Positions 23,872 through 36,130 of a DNA stretch of 64,000 nucleotides are shown in pieces. Each line of letters starts with the position of its first letter. The stretch's first letter is position 1. The translations under genes were made by a program, and so were the position numbers. The notes beneath the pieces were generated by a model. It ran no database searches and had not been told where the DNA came from. It saw only the letters and a list, made by a program, of their open reading frames with translations. The DNA is from Octopus sinensis (Eukaryota), in contig NC_043023.1 in the NCBI RefSeq assembly GCF_006345805.1, positions 5,456,001 through 5,520,000 on the forward strand. The letters run 5' to 3'.

Positions 23872-26458
23872 GGGAATTGTATCAGACTGCCAAAAGAGAA
23901 GCTAGGAGACAGGTTTATTTAGCCAGAGGGGAAGCAGATAAGAAAAAATTTGCCAATGTTCTGCGCCGTGAGGACCAAAGACTGGAGGTGTTTCGTGTTG
24001 CAAGACAGTGTGTGAGAGAGAATCGTGATGTGGTAGGAGAGAAGTGTGTTCGCATGGAAGATGGTTCACTTGCGCTAAATGAGGATGCAAAGAGAGAGGT
24101 TTGGAGATGCCACTATGAAAGGTTGCTGAATGAAGAAAATGAATGGGATAAAGGGAGTCTGCCGAATGTTGACCCAACAGAGGGACCAGCTATCCGAGTT
24201 GATAGTTCTGTGGTAGCTAAGGCAATTAGAAGCATGAAGACAGGGAAAGCCCCAGGCCCATCAGGAATCACTGCAGAGATGCTCAAAATGTCTGGTAGTG
24301 TCGGCTATAGCCTAGTCACCCATATAGTAATCAGGTGATACACAAGGGGTCATACCCAATGACTGGTGTAGCAGTATAATAGTCAACTGCTACAAAGGTA
24401 AAGGTGATGCCCTAGATACAAATAACTACAGAGGTATCAAGCTGTTGGACCAGGTGATGAAGGTTACGGAGAGGGTCATAGCCCAACTAATTAGAGAGAG
24501 AGTTAGTTTAGATGAGATGCAGTTTGGGTTTGTGCCAGGGAAAAGTACTACTGATGCTATATTCCTGGTAAGGCAGCTGCAGGAGAAATACCTAGCCAAA
24601 GATAAGCCCCTGTACCTGGCTTTTGTTGACATGGAGAAAGCCTTCGACAGGGTCCCCCGATCCCTTATCTGGTGGGCAATGAGAAAACTAGGGATAGATG
24701 AATGGTTAGTGAGAGCTGTGCGGGCCATGTATAGGGACGCCGCTAGTAGGGTGAGGGTTGGAAATGAGTACAGTGAAGAATTCCGGGTAGAGGTAGGGGT
24801 CCACCAAGGCTCAGTACTCAGCCCCCTCCTATTTATCATAGTCCTCCAGGCAATAACGGAGGAATTCAAGACAGGATGCCCTTGGGAGCTCCTCTATGCT
24901 GATGACCTTGCTCTAATTGCTGAGTCGCTATCAGAACTGGAGGAGAAGTTTCAGGTGTGGAAACAAGGATTAGAATCGAAGGGCCTCAGAGTCAATCTAG
25001 CTAAAACCAAAGTCGTAATCAGTAGGAAGGTAGACAAATCACAAACACCTTCAGGTAGATGGCCCTGCTCGATCTGTAGAAAAGGTGTAGGTAGAAACTC
25101 TATAAGATGCACCAAGTGTAAGCTATGGACACATAAGAGATGCAGCAATGTCAAAGGAAGGCTAATTAGGAAGATGGTTTTTGTATGTGGCAGATGCTCA
25201 GGAACAATAAACACTGAAAATGCTCTGAGACCAACTTCCATCACTTTCCAGGGAGAAAAACTAGAAATAGTTGATAGTTTCCGTTACCTAGGTGACCAAG
25301 TCAGCAGCGGGGGCGGGTGTGCTGAAAGTGTAACTGCTAGAGTAAGAATAGCTTGGGCAAAGTTCAGAGAGCTCTTACCTCTGCTGGTGACAAAAGGCCT
25401 CTCGCACAGAGTGAAAGGCGGACTGTATGATGCGTGTGTACGAACAGCCATGCTACATGGCAGTGAAACATGGGCCGTGACTGCTGAGGATATGCGTAAG
25501 CTCGCTAGAAATGAAGCCAGTATGCTCCGATGGATGTGTAATGCCGGTACTCACACTCGGCAGAGTGTAAGTACCTTGAGAGAAAAGCTGGACCTAAGAA
25601 GCATCAGTTGTGGTGTGCAAGAGAGACGTTTGCGCTGGTATGGTCATGTGGCGAGAATGGATGAAGATAGTTGTGTGAAAAAGTGCCACACCCTAGCGGT
25701 TGAGGGAACCTGTGGAAGAGGCAGACCCAGGAAAACCTGGGACGAGGTGGTGAAGCACGACCTTCGAACTTTAGGTCTCACTGAGGAAATGACTAGAGAC
25801 CGAGACCTCTGGAAGTGTGCTGTGCGCGAGAAGACCCGGCAGGACAAGTGAGTCCACAACCCGTGGCCTTCTACATGGGATGGAGCCAGCCTACGTATGC
25901 ATACCTTCCCTTCTTGGGACACAAAACTCTACTTGTGAAGACGTGTTGAGGCAAGTGAGGATCAGAATCGAAATCGATCAATGGAAATTGCGGATGTGCT
26001 ACCAGTGCCGGTGGCATGTCGAAACTCTGCTTGTGAAGACCCATTGAGGCAAGTGAGGATCAGAATCGAAATCGATCAATGGAAATCGATCAATGGAAAT
26101 TGCAGATGTGTTACCAGTGCCGGTGGCATGTAAGAGAACTTTCCGTTTCGCGACCGTTGCCAGCACCGCCCCGTTTCGTGTCCGTTGCCAGCCTCGCCTG
26201 GCCCTCGTGCCGGTGGCACATAAAAAGCACCATCCGTTCGTGGCCGTTTGCCAGCTCTGTCTGGCACCAGTGCGGGTGGCACGTAAAAAGCACCCACTAC
26301 ACTCACGGAGTGGTTGGCGTTAGGAAGGGCATCCAGCCGTAGAAACACTGCCAGATTTGACTGGGCCTGATGAAGCCTTCTGGCTTCACAGACCCCGGTA
26401 GAACCGTCCAACCCATGCTAGCATGGAAAACGGACGCTAAATGATGATGATGATGATA
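23872..26458 (+). mobile_element. Young 5'-truncated RTE-clade LINE (RT, PHD-like finger, 3' UTR, (ATG)n tail), antisense in Pc intron 3
   Basis: ORFs 23877-24338 and 24445-25851: KTGKAPGPSG, QFGFVPGKST, FVDMEKAFDRV, GVHQGSVLSP, LLYADDL, FRYLG, RLRWYGHV, GRGRPRKTW; (TA)n on both flanks; tail atgatgatgatgatgat. Confidence 0.95.
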
Positions 26459-26599
26459 TATATATATATATAGATATATATATATATAATTAATAATATC
26501 AGGGTAATAAAGATTTTAGAAATCTTTACTACCAGTGTCCTAGCATATTAAAAAATTAGTCAATAGACTATATATTATTCATATAAAATACAGTTTACG

Positions 26600-26992
26600 T
26601 TTAAACACATTAAGGTTTCCATCATAGGAATGCTTTACGCTAGAAAGAACAGCTGAAGTCCAAACCACTAATTATTGATAAATTCTCAAAGGGAATGAAA
26701 AATAAAAACATTTACCATCTATCTCCTGGACCATGGTTTCTGACTTATTTTACCAAATAAAATAATTTACTAGGCGAAATCTTCTGGATTGGCCTCGCGT
26801 TTATATGTTTAATCTAGGCGTCCCTGTTGAAGAAGACTTCGCCTAGCAAATTATTTTATTTGCTAAAATAAGTCAGAAATCATGGTCCAGGAAAGAGATG
26901 GTAAATGTTTTTAATTTTCATTCCCTTTGGACTTCAGCTGTTCTTTCTAGCGTAAAGGATTCCTATGATGAAAACCTCTTAATGTGTTTAAA
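26600..26992. mobile_element. Foldback element with ~160-185-bp inverted arms
   Basis: Arms 26600-26785 / 26831-26992, e.g. gctagaaagaacagctgaagtccaaa vs tttggacttcagctgttctttctagc. Confidence 0.85.
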
Positions 26993-27029
26993 TGTACATT
27001 GTATTATATATATATATATATATATATAC

Positions 27030-27400
27030 ATCATTGTCCATGCTGGCATGGGTTAGACAGTTTGATCAGCAAGCTGAGGGGCTGCACCAGACTCCAATCT
27101 GATTTGGTATGGTTTCCTACGGCTAGATGCCCTTCCTAATGCCAACCACTCTGAGAGTGTAATGGGAGCCAGTTGCGTGACGCCAGTATCTGCCACGATT
27201 ATGATTTTACTTGGTTTGATGGGTCTTCTTCTCAAGCACAGCATATTGCCAAAGGTCTCAGTCATTTGTCATTGACTCCGTGAGGCCCAATGTTTAAAGG
27301 GTGCTTTTTATGTGCCACCAGCACAAGTGTCAGAGTGTGACACCAGCAATGGCCACGTCTTCTAAACCACGGCACTTTGCCAAAGGCCTTGGTTCATTGT
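27030..27400 (-). mobile_element. RTE 3'-end copy, diverged
   Basis: ccatgctggcatggg..gatgcccttcctaatgccaaccac. Confidence 0.75.
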
Positions 27401-27793
27401 CTCCGTAAGATCATGCTTCACCACATACATAATAGTATGTAGGATGTGCTTTTTTTATTTCTAAATGTGTAGCAGGAATCTTTAGTAATAAAAACCCGGG
27501 GTCACTATATCTGATGTAAAAAAAAATATACAATTCCAATTCATTTGACTTTTAGCAACGTCATCAAAAAAGTCTGACCATTCAAAACTTTATGTGGAAC
27601 CGGATCTAACCACAGTTTCATCTTTGATAACAAGGCATGGGTGTGTGGTAAGAAGCTTGCTTCCCAAGTACATGGTTCTGGTTTGTGTGTGTGAGTGTTT
27701 CAGCATTTAGACAATGCAACAGAGACTTTAAAAAGTGACTTTTACTTTGAAAAGAAGGGGAGGAGAAAAAGTTTTTGGGAGAGAGAGAGTGAG

Positions 27794-27840
<47 letters not shown>

Positions 27841-28016
27841 CATAGATAGATAAATAGATAGATAGATAGATAGATAGGTAGTGTGGTCATCATAGTAACA
27901 AACAAGGTTTAATTAAAAACATGGAAATTTTAAGTAGAAGTCTATCAACACAACGTAGCTTAAAAAAAAAGGCTTTCACTATATAACAATACAGAGTTAT
28001 TATTTTGGGTGTGTAT

Positions 28017-28054
<38 letters not shown>

Positions 28055-29045
28055 TTCTGCATGCCTTTCAACATACAGACAACACAACAGACAGGCGTGT
28101 TCAAAAGTTTGAAAGATCTTGTTTTAAAAATTAAAATTACTATGCCCAAATACAATTCAATTCAAATATATACAATGTATATATTTGGGCATTTAATATA
28201 AAAATTCAAATTTTCAAAACTACGTTCCAAAATTTTGGGCATGACTGTAAACGTTAAAAAAACAACTTTCACTACAATGACAAGTTGTTGTTGAGAGAAA
28301 GTGAGAGAGAGAATAAAAATTTGTTTGAAGAAACCAAAAACATGTTGTTGTTGAGCAAATCAATGTGATCGTTGTAGTAGGCTTCAGTTGAAGGGGCTGT
28401 TTCATCTTGACTGGGTCATTACTCGGCAGCATGGTGACAGTTACAGACTAGTCTATATATATATAGGTATGGTAGCCTTCAACTAACACTATCTTTTCCG
28501 AGACCCTTCGGCACAAGTTGACCAAAATTGAGAGTATGATAGAAGAAGGTTTGCTCTTTCTTCCATAGAAGATAAAATTCAAATTGGACCATATTAACAC
28601 CAAAAATTATTTACATCAAAAAGGTGCTTTTTTTTTTCTATGAAAATCCCTATTTTTATGATTTTTTTACTGCTGTGTCACCATTTTTCGGTGTATTTCA
28701 ACCAGAAAAATGTTCACTTAAAGAGAATAACAAGCTACATGATGCAAAATATTTACTTTTCAAAAATTCCAATTCTAAAGGGTCGAAACAAACCCGAGCA
28801 ACACCAGGTGATACTACTAGTAAATATTATAGAACCCAGTTTATTGATTTGCCTATAGAGCTAAGACAGCCTTGGTAGCAATACTGATAATAGGATAGTC
28901 ATGGTGATGGTGGTGGTGGTAGCGATTACAGTGCTTGTAGCAGTATTAGTAGTAATATATGTGGTGATGAGTGTCATGTTAGTGATGATAATAGTGCTTG
29001 CAGTAGTAGTAGTAGTAGTTGTTGTAGACAAAGTGTTTACATTAC

Positions 29046-29111
29046 CTGCTTTTAAATGCTTCTATTAATCGCAAATCCAATATATTTTCTTCTGGTTCCC
29101 AGGTGTTATAT
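29046..29111 (-). CDS. Pc: Pc/CBX coding exon 3 (66 nt), (K)YNTWEPEENILDLRLIEAFKS
   Basis: Acceptor ctatttcag|, donor |gtaat; TWEPEENILD signature; phase 2/2 fits neighbours. Confidence 0.95.
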
Positions 29112-29149
29112 CTGAAATAGTAATAACAGCAATGATAATAATAGTACTC

Positions 29150-30640
29150 AATAGACACCAAAAACATTGCAATTGACATAGACACAGAAATCAGGGAATC
29201 AGACCACAATCACCCACAGAAATATTTAGGGATAGACAAAACAGCTAAAATACAAGACAAAAATGAAAGAGAAAATTATGAGACAGTATTACAGAAGAGT
29301 TAGATTAATATAAAACACTGAACTCAATGCTTAAAACAAAAGAATAGGGATAAACACACTAGCTGTACCAATCATAGATTAGTTTCAACATAATAAACTG
29401 GAAGATCAGTGAATTGAGAAACCTAGATAGAAAAACCAGTTATTAACAGCATAGCGAAGTCCCTAGCTCAAAGCAGACACAGACAGAATATATCTACCCA
29501 GCCCAGGATAGAGAACTACTATAAAATAACAAGAGTTGGACTAGAAAGGTGCTTAGAAACAAAAAGTATAAGACTACTATATGAAAAAAAAAAAAAAGAA
29601 AACACTTTTCTCCAGATACAAGGAAGTGACAAAATACAAAACCCTTATCTCAGATGACAAAATACAAAACACTTATCTCAGATGACAACATAGCAGAAAT
29701 GGTCAGAGACAAAAAAAAGCAAACAAAAACACAACTACAAAACATAATAAAGAAGAAATGAAGAAAAAAATCACTCAATGACAGAATGATAGAAGAAGGC
29801 TTGCTCTTCCTTCCGCAGAAGAAAAAATTAAAATCGGACCATGTTAACACCAAAAATTATTTACATCAAAAAGGTGTTTTTCTTTTCTATGAAAATCCCT
29901 ATTTTTACAATTTTTTGACTGCTGTGTCATCATTTTTCTGTGTATTTCAACCAGAAAAATGTTCACAAAGTTTTACAGAGAAGAAGTGAGCCTAAGTAAA
30001 AACTAAAAATGGCTCAAAAACTCTGGACTAAAAGCAGAAATGAAAGGACAGAAATGAAACTTGCTACACAAGTCCAATGCCTGTCTACAAAGAACTATAA
30101 AAGCAAAATAATGATAACAGGCCCTAACACCAAATGCAGAATGGACAACCAGCACAATGAGACAGTTGCCACATCTTCTCTGGCTGTCCAGTCCTTGCCA
30201 AATTTTAGTATATATACAAGCATGATTAAGTAGTTATATTCAATGGAAAATATGCCAACATTACAACATTAAAACTGACATGAAATGGTATAAACATGTA
30301 CCAAACAAGGTACATGACAAGGACCAGGCCACAATCATCTGGGATATGTCTGTTCAAAGAAAAGCTAATCACTCAGACATTATAATCAAGGATTGGAAAA
30401 CAAACACCTACTTAGTGATGGACATTGCAGTCTCTTCTGGCAAAAATGTTGCCCAAAAAGAAGTGAAGTTGTCACAGATCTCAGAGATCTCAAAATTGAA
30501 GTATTCAAGATGTGGAGCATGAAGGTGAAAACAATACCAGTAATAATCAGAGCATTGGGTATGATAAAAAAAAACATAAAAATGTAGAAACATTACTTGG
30601 CCCCTCCACACTACACACTATCCCTAAAATAGTCCAGCTA
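29150..30640 (+). mobile_element. Decayed R4/Dong-like non-LTR retrotransposon (RT C-terminus and restriction-like endonuclease)
   Basis: TIIWDMSVQ..ANHSDIIIKDWKTNTYLVMDIAVSSGKNVAQKE and KIEVFKMWSMKVKTIPVIIRALGMIKK (RLE PD-D..K pattern); many stops; 29785-29960 duplicates 28535-28710. Confidence 0.75.
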
Positions 30641-31180
30641 AGAGGACAAAAGCTGAAGAATGTTTCTGGAAGACTACAAGCATCACCCAGGAAATTAGGA
30701 GAAAATTCATCAGTTTGTGCATAAGGATCATTAGGGGACAATCAACGACATTACTGATGTTGCTGGTATGTCATATGGGTTCATGCAGGCAACCCTAGCA
30801 TCTGGATTCTTCACAATGACAATGCACTCTATCACCAAGTTCTCTTCACTCGTGTTTCTCACCAAAAGCAACATGGTATCACTTCTGCACCCACCCTATT
30901 TACCAGATTTAGCACCCACTGGTTTCCATCTCTTCCCCAAGATGAAAATGCCGATCAAAGGTCACTGTTGTAACACTTGTCGAGATCCAGAGCAAATCGC
31001 AGAAGATCCTTGACTCGCTTATGGAAAACAACTTCCAGGCCGGATTCCAAAAGTAGCAGAAACACAAGGACTGGAGTATTGTTGCACAAGGTGACTATTT
31101 CGAAGGAAGTGATGTTAAAACTTAGGTAAATAAGTTATTTTTTAATAAACATAACTAGTTTGGGAACCTTTTGATACCAC
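30640..31180 (+). mobile_element. mariner (DD34D-type) transposon relic with internal deletion
   Basis: LLHPPYLPDLAPTGFHLFPKMKMPIKG (HPPYSPDLAP motif) plus upstream HTH-like remnants. Confidence 0.8.
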
Positions 31181-31309
31181 CACACCATTGTCACCGTTCA
31201 ATGTCTATTCAGCTGGCAAAAATGAGTTTTACCTGTATCTCAAAGGGCCAGGTCTTGTCACACTCTGTGTCATGCTGAATCTCCCTGAAAACTACATTAA
31301 GGGTATACC

Positions 31310-31540
31310 TATTTCTTTACTACTCACAAGGGGCTAAACATAGAGGGGACAAACAAGGACAGACAAACGGATTAAGTCGATTATATCGACCCCAGTGCGT
31401 AACTGGTACTTATTTAATCGACCCCGAAAGGATGAAAGGCAAAGTCGACCTCAGCGGAATTTGAACTCAGAACATAACGGCAGACGAAATACCGCTAAGC
31501 ATTTCGCCCAGTGTTCTAACGATTCTGCCAACTCTGTGGA
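31310..31540 (-). mobile_element. Family B SINE
   Basis: Same core as 17810-18030. Confidence 0.85.
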
Positions 31541-32059
31541 GTACTCAGCTACTTGTACACTAATTTCACAAGCAGGCTGTTCCATTGATCGGATCAACTG
31601 TAACCCTTGTTGTAATCCATGGAGTGCCAGAATCTTGTCTACCACATGAGCTCTTTCACCAAAGCCACCAGACGAATAAAGCCTGCCCGTTCTTACTGCC
31701 CAAACGAAGGAAGTGGAGCAATCTTCACAGTGGACTCAGCTGACAATCAAATCCATACCACACGACAGCTGGTGTTCATCATAACTTCACAAGTCAGCAA
31801 TGATCACACACTGGATGAGAGCATTCAGGAGAGTTTCATTACTCTGATCACAATACTGATAATAATTTCAAATTTTGGCACAGGGCCAGCAACTGCTGGG
31901 GATGGGAGGGTAAGGCAATTACACCAACCCCAGTGCTCATCTGGTACTTAATTTATCGATCCCCAAAAGATGAAAGGCAAAGTGAACCCCAGTGGGATTT
32001 GAACTCAGAACGTAAGGACAGATGAAATATCGCTAAGCATTTCGACCGGCATGTGTTGC

Positions 32060-32720
32060 TTACTTTGAAACAGGGGAAAAGAGCAGATGTTAGGGGCAGA
32101 GAACTGCCAAACGGAGAGCAAATGGGAGACCTGGATGATGGTGGGTACAAGTATTCTGGGGGTCCTGAAGCTGGACAATATCTTGCATACGGAAATGGAA
32201 GACAGGGTCACCACAGCATATTTGAAGAGCCTTAAACTTCTCTTGAAGTCAAAACTAAATACAAGGAACCTTGTGTCTGCCATCAACATAGAGGCTGTTG
32301 CTATAGTCTGCTGTAGTGCACCCATTCTGAAATGGACGTGAGCAGGGATTGACCGTCTCGGTCACACTACCAGAAAGACGATGACAATACATGATGCCCT
32401 CCACCCTAATGTGAATGTACACAGGCTGTACAAGAAGAGGCATGAAGGTTGACATGGTCTGAAAATCATGCAAGAGTGAGATTGCAACAAGAGTGAAAGC
32501 AGAAGCATGACAGAGCACATGGTAAACAGCAAAGAAGAGCTGCTCCAGTTTGTGGCTAATGCAGGAGGATTTACCAACAATGGAGTTGAGAGTGCTGATG
32601 AATTCTGATCACAAATAGTCAACAAGAAAGGAGGAACACTACTCCACATGGAAGTACATGGAGAGTTTCATTGTGAAATTGACAAAAGACCAGGAGGTAT
32701 CATGGGGGTGTCCAATAATA
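32060..32720 (+). mobile_element. R4/Dong-like RT C-terminal relic
   Basis: YKYLGVLKLDNILHTEM..KSKLNTRNLVSAIN..AVAIVCCSAPILKWT..LHP..RLY; ends at (TAA)n. Confidence 0.7.
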
Positions 32721-33085
32721 ATAATAACAAGAGCAAAAAGCTCCGCCAAGGTAACACCAACGTCTCTCAATGATTAGCCAGAGATGATTTTTAAAATGAG
32801 AATATCTGAAATAAATTTGACTGCTCTCACAAATGAGAATACTAAAAATGAACCTAACTGCTCTCAAAAGTTAAGTAAAAAAAAACAGGAAAAATAATCC
32901 AGAATCCTTGTCTGGTATCAGATTTATCCCAAAATCTAATCAGTTTGTGCCAGTCATGAGGCCAAATATTCCTGAAAGTTTCATCCAAATCCATCCAGTG
33001 GTTCTTGAGATATCTTGTTCATGGATAAACAAACAAATACAACTGAAAACAATACCTCCATCTTCGCTAAGGCGGAGGTAATAAT
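32720..33085 (+). mobile_element. Non-autonomous Helitron/Helentron-like element
   Basis: 3' hairpin tacctccatcttcgctaaggcggaggta followed by ataataat; no ORF; family call from general architecture. Confidence 0.45.
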
Positions 33086-33519
33086 AATCCTTTCTACTAT
33101 AGACACAAGGCCTGAAGTCTTGTAGGAGTGGACTAGTCGATTGCAATGACCTCAGGGTTTGTTAACCCCAACAGGATGAAAGACAAAATGAATTTCAACT
33201 CAGAACATAAAGATGAACGAAATACTGCTAAGCATTTTGCCTGGCATGCGAGCAATTCTGGCAAATTACTGCCTTATTTTTTTAAATGACATTACAAATG
33301 TCGCAAGGTATTTCTCCAAATAATAATAATAATAATGATGATTTGTTTTACTAGCTTTATGAGTCAGAGTTCAGATTCTGCTGAGGTTGACTTCGCCTTT
33401 CATCCTTTCAGGGCTGCTAAAAAAAGTACCAGTTGAACACTGGGGTCAATGTAAACAACCAGCTCTATTCCCTCAAGATTATTATTTATCATTATTATTA
33501 TTATTATTATTACTATTAT

Positions 33520-34070
33520 TATTGAGTGAGAGAGCAGTGCAAGCCATCAAAGTGACACTGGGGTAAAACATACGAAGCCCAGTATACACATGACTACCCG
33601 TCTGATAAGGGTACACCAGGCACTTGCATCACAACCATATGTGCGTGACATGGTGATCTCATATCAAGATAAACAGCACATGACCTTGCAGGTGGGGCCC
33701 AGTTAGAATTTCCTTCAGGTCGAGTAACCCATCCCGCTCAAAAGGTCCCTGAATAAGAGTTGTTTAAGGATGATGAACAAACCACCCATGTTTCCAAAGG
33801 TGAATTATTCAAACCCCAAAGAATCCCTCTCAACACATGGCTATGATACTCCCTCACTACTTCTGCTCATGATCGTCAACCACTAAGGGACATGGTCAAC
33901 TTGTTACGGTCAAACAACTGACAAGCAAATCTGTGGTATTGAGCAGAATATTTGCTGTAGCCCATCTTTTTATACCAAGACAAAACAATGTACATGATAA
34001 CACTTCCAATCACTTAAGATCAGAAGCCACGAGAGGCCACTGCCTGGTACTGTATCAGGGCATTTATTAT
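33520..34070. mobile_element. Unclassified interspersed repeat bounded by (TTA)n on both sides
   Basis: Flanks 33480-33520 and 34066-34095 are (ATT)n; partial second copy at ~40445-40650. Confidence 0.55.
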
Positions 34071-34319
34071 CATTATTATTATTATTATTATTAGACAAGG
34101 TGGTGAATTGTTAGCATGTTGGATGAAATGCTTACCAGTATTTCACCCGTCACTATATTCAGGGTTCAAATTCTGCAGAGGTCGACTTTACCTGTCATCC
34201 TTTTGGGGTTGATAAATTAAGTACCAGTTGAGTACAGGGGTTGATGTAAACAACTATCCCCCTCCCTCAAATATCAAGCCTATAATAGAAAGGATTATTA
34301 TTATTATTAGATGCTGGTC

Positions 34320-34890
34320 ACTAAACTTTGCTTGCGAAGACCTGTTGTGGCAAGTGAAATCAAAATCAAAATCAATTCGATGACTGGCATCTGTGCTAGC
34401 GGGGTGCAAAGAGCACCATACGAGTGTGATCGTTGACAGAGAGGCTATTCGAGTATGATTGTTACCAGCATCACCTTACTGGCACTTATGCCTGTGCTAG
34501 TAGGGTGCCAAGAACACCATCCGAGCGTGATCGTTGCCAGAGCAGCCAACTGGCTTCCGTACCCGTGGCACGTAAAAAAGGGCACCATTCGAGCGTGATC
34601 GTTACCAACGTCGCTTCACTGGCACATGTGTCGGTGGCACGTGTAAAAAAGATTCGAGCGAGGTCATTGCCAGTACTGCCTGACTGGCCCCCATGCCAGT
34701 GGCACGTAAAAAGCACCCACTACACTCATGGAGTGGTTGGCGTTAGGAAGGGCATCCAGCTGTAGAAACTCTGCCAGATCAAGACTGGAGCCTGGTACAG
34801 CCATCTGGTTCGCCAGCCCTCAGTCAAAACAGTCCAACCCATGCTAGCAGGGAAAACGGACGTTAAATGATGATGATGATGATGATGATG
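34320..34890 (+). mobile_element. RTE 3' UTR copy with (ATG)n tail
   Basis: Multiple gtggcacgtaaaaa repeats; ends cggacgttaaatgatgatgat. Confidence 0.85.
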
Positions 34891-35089
34891 TACAATATTG
34901 TGTTGTAGATTGAAGATATTTTGTATACCAGGGATTTGTACTCTGAGTCAAGTCACAATAAGGGCCTCAGAAAGAAATTACTTCATGCAGTACCATGTAA
35001 AGCAACACACCAAGATTGTAGAGTATTTCTAAGTGTCTAGATGTTTCTTCAGGTTGGGTGGTACAGAGCCCAATGCTCCGATATTTTTA

Positions 35090-36130
35090 TTAGCATGATG
35101 GGCAAAATGTTTAATGGTCTTTCATCTGTCTTTATTTTCTGAGTTTAAATTCTGCCGAGGTCAACTTTGCATTCTATCCTTTCAGGGTTGATGAAATAAG
35201 TACCAGTTACGTACTGGGGTTGATAGAATCGACTATCCGCCACCCCGAAATTTTGGGCCTTGCGCCTTTAGTAGAACGGATTATTATTATAACTATCATA
35301 ATTATTACGGTGGTGAGCTGGTAGAATTGTTGGCATGCTGGGCGAAATGCTTAGCGGTATTTCGTCTGTCTTTACATTCTGAGTTCAAATTCTGCCGAGG
35401 TTGACTTTACCTTTCATCCTTTCGGGGTCGATAAATTAAGTACCCGTGAAACAATGGGGTCCGATGTAATCGACTCGTCCCCTTCCCCCCAGATTTCAAG
35501 CCTTGTGTCTTTGTAAGCTGGCAAAATTGTTAGCACGCCGAGCCAAATGTTTAGCGGCATTTTGTCTGTCTTCACATTCTGAGTTCAAATTCCGCCGAGG
35601 TTGACTTTGCCTTTCATCTTTTCGGGGTCAATTAAATAAGTACCAGTTACGCACTGGGGTCGATATAATCGACTTAATCCCTTTGTCTGTCCTTGTTTGT
35701 CTTCTCTATGTTTAGCCCGGTGTGGGTAGTAAAGAAATAGAAATAGGCATTACGGCTATCCTTACGTTCTGAGTTCAAATTCCGCCGAGGTTGACTTTGC
35801 CTTTCATCTTTTCGGGGTCGTTAAATTAAGTACCTATTTCTTTATAACCCACAAGGGGCCAAACACAGAGGGGACAAACATGGACAGACATAGGTATTAA
35901 GTCGATTACATCGACCCCAGTGCGTAACTGGTACTTAATTTATCGACCCCGAAAGGATGAAGGGCAAAGTCGACCTCGGCGGAATTTGATCTCACAACGT
36001 AACGGCAGCCGAAATACCGCTAAGCATTTCGCCCGACGTGCTAACGATTCTGCCAGCTCGAAACAGTAGGGTCGATGTAATTGACTTAACACCCCACCAT
36101 CACCACCATTTCAGGCCTTGAGCCTTTAGC
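35090..36130. mobile_element. Cluster of ~6 family B SINEs, mostly +, one - copy at 35833-36060
   Basis: Repeated ttctgagttcaaattccgccgagg; junction aattaagtac|ctatttcttt flips orientation. Confidence 0.85.
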
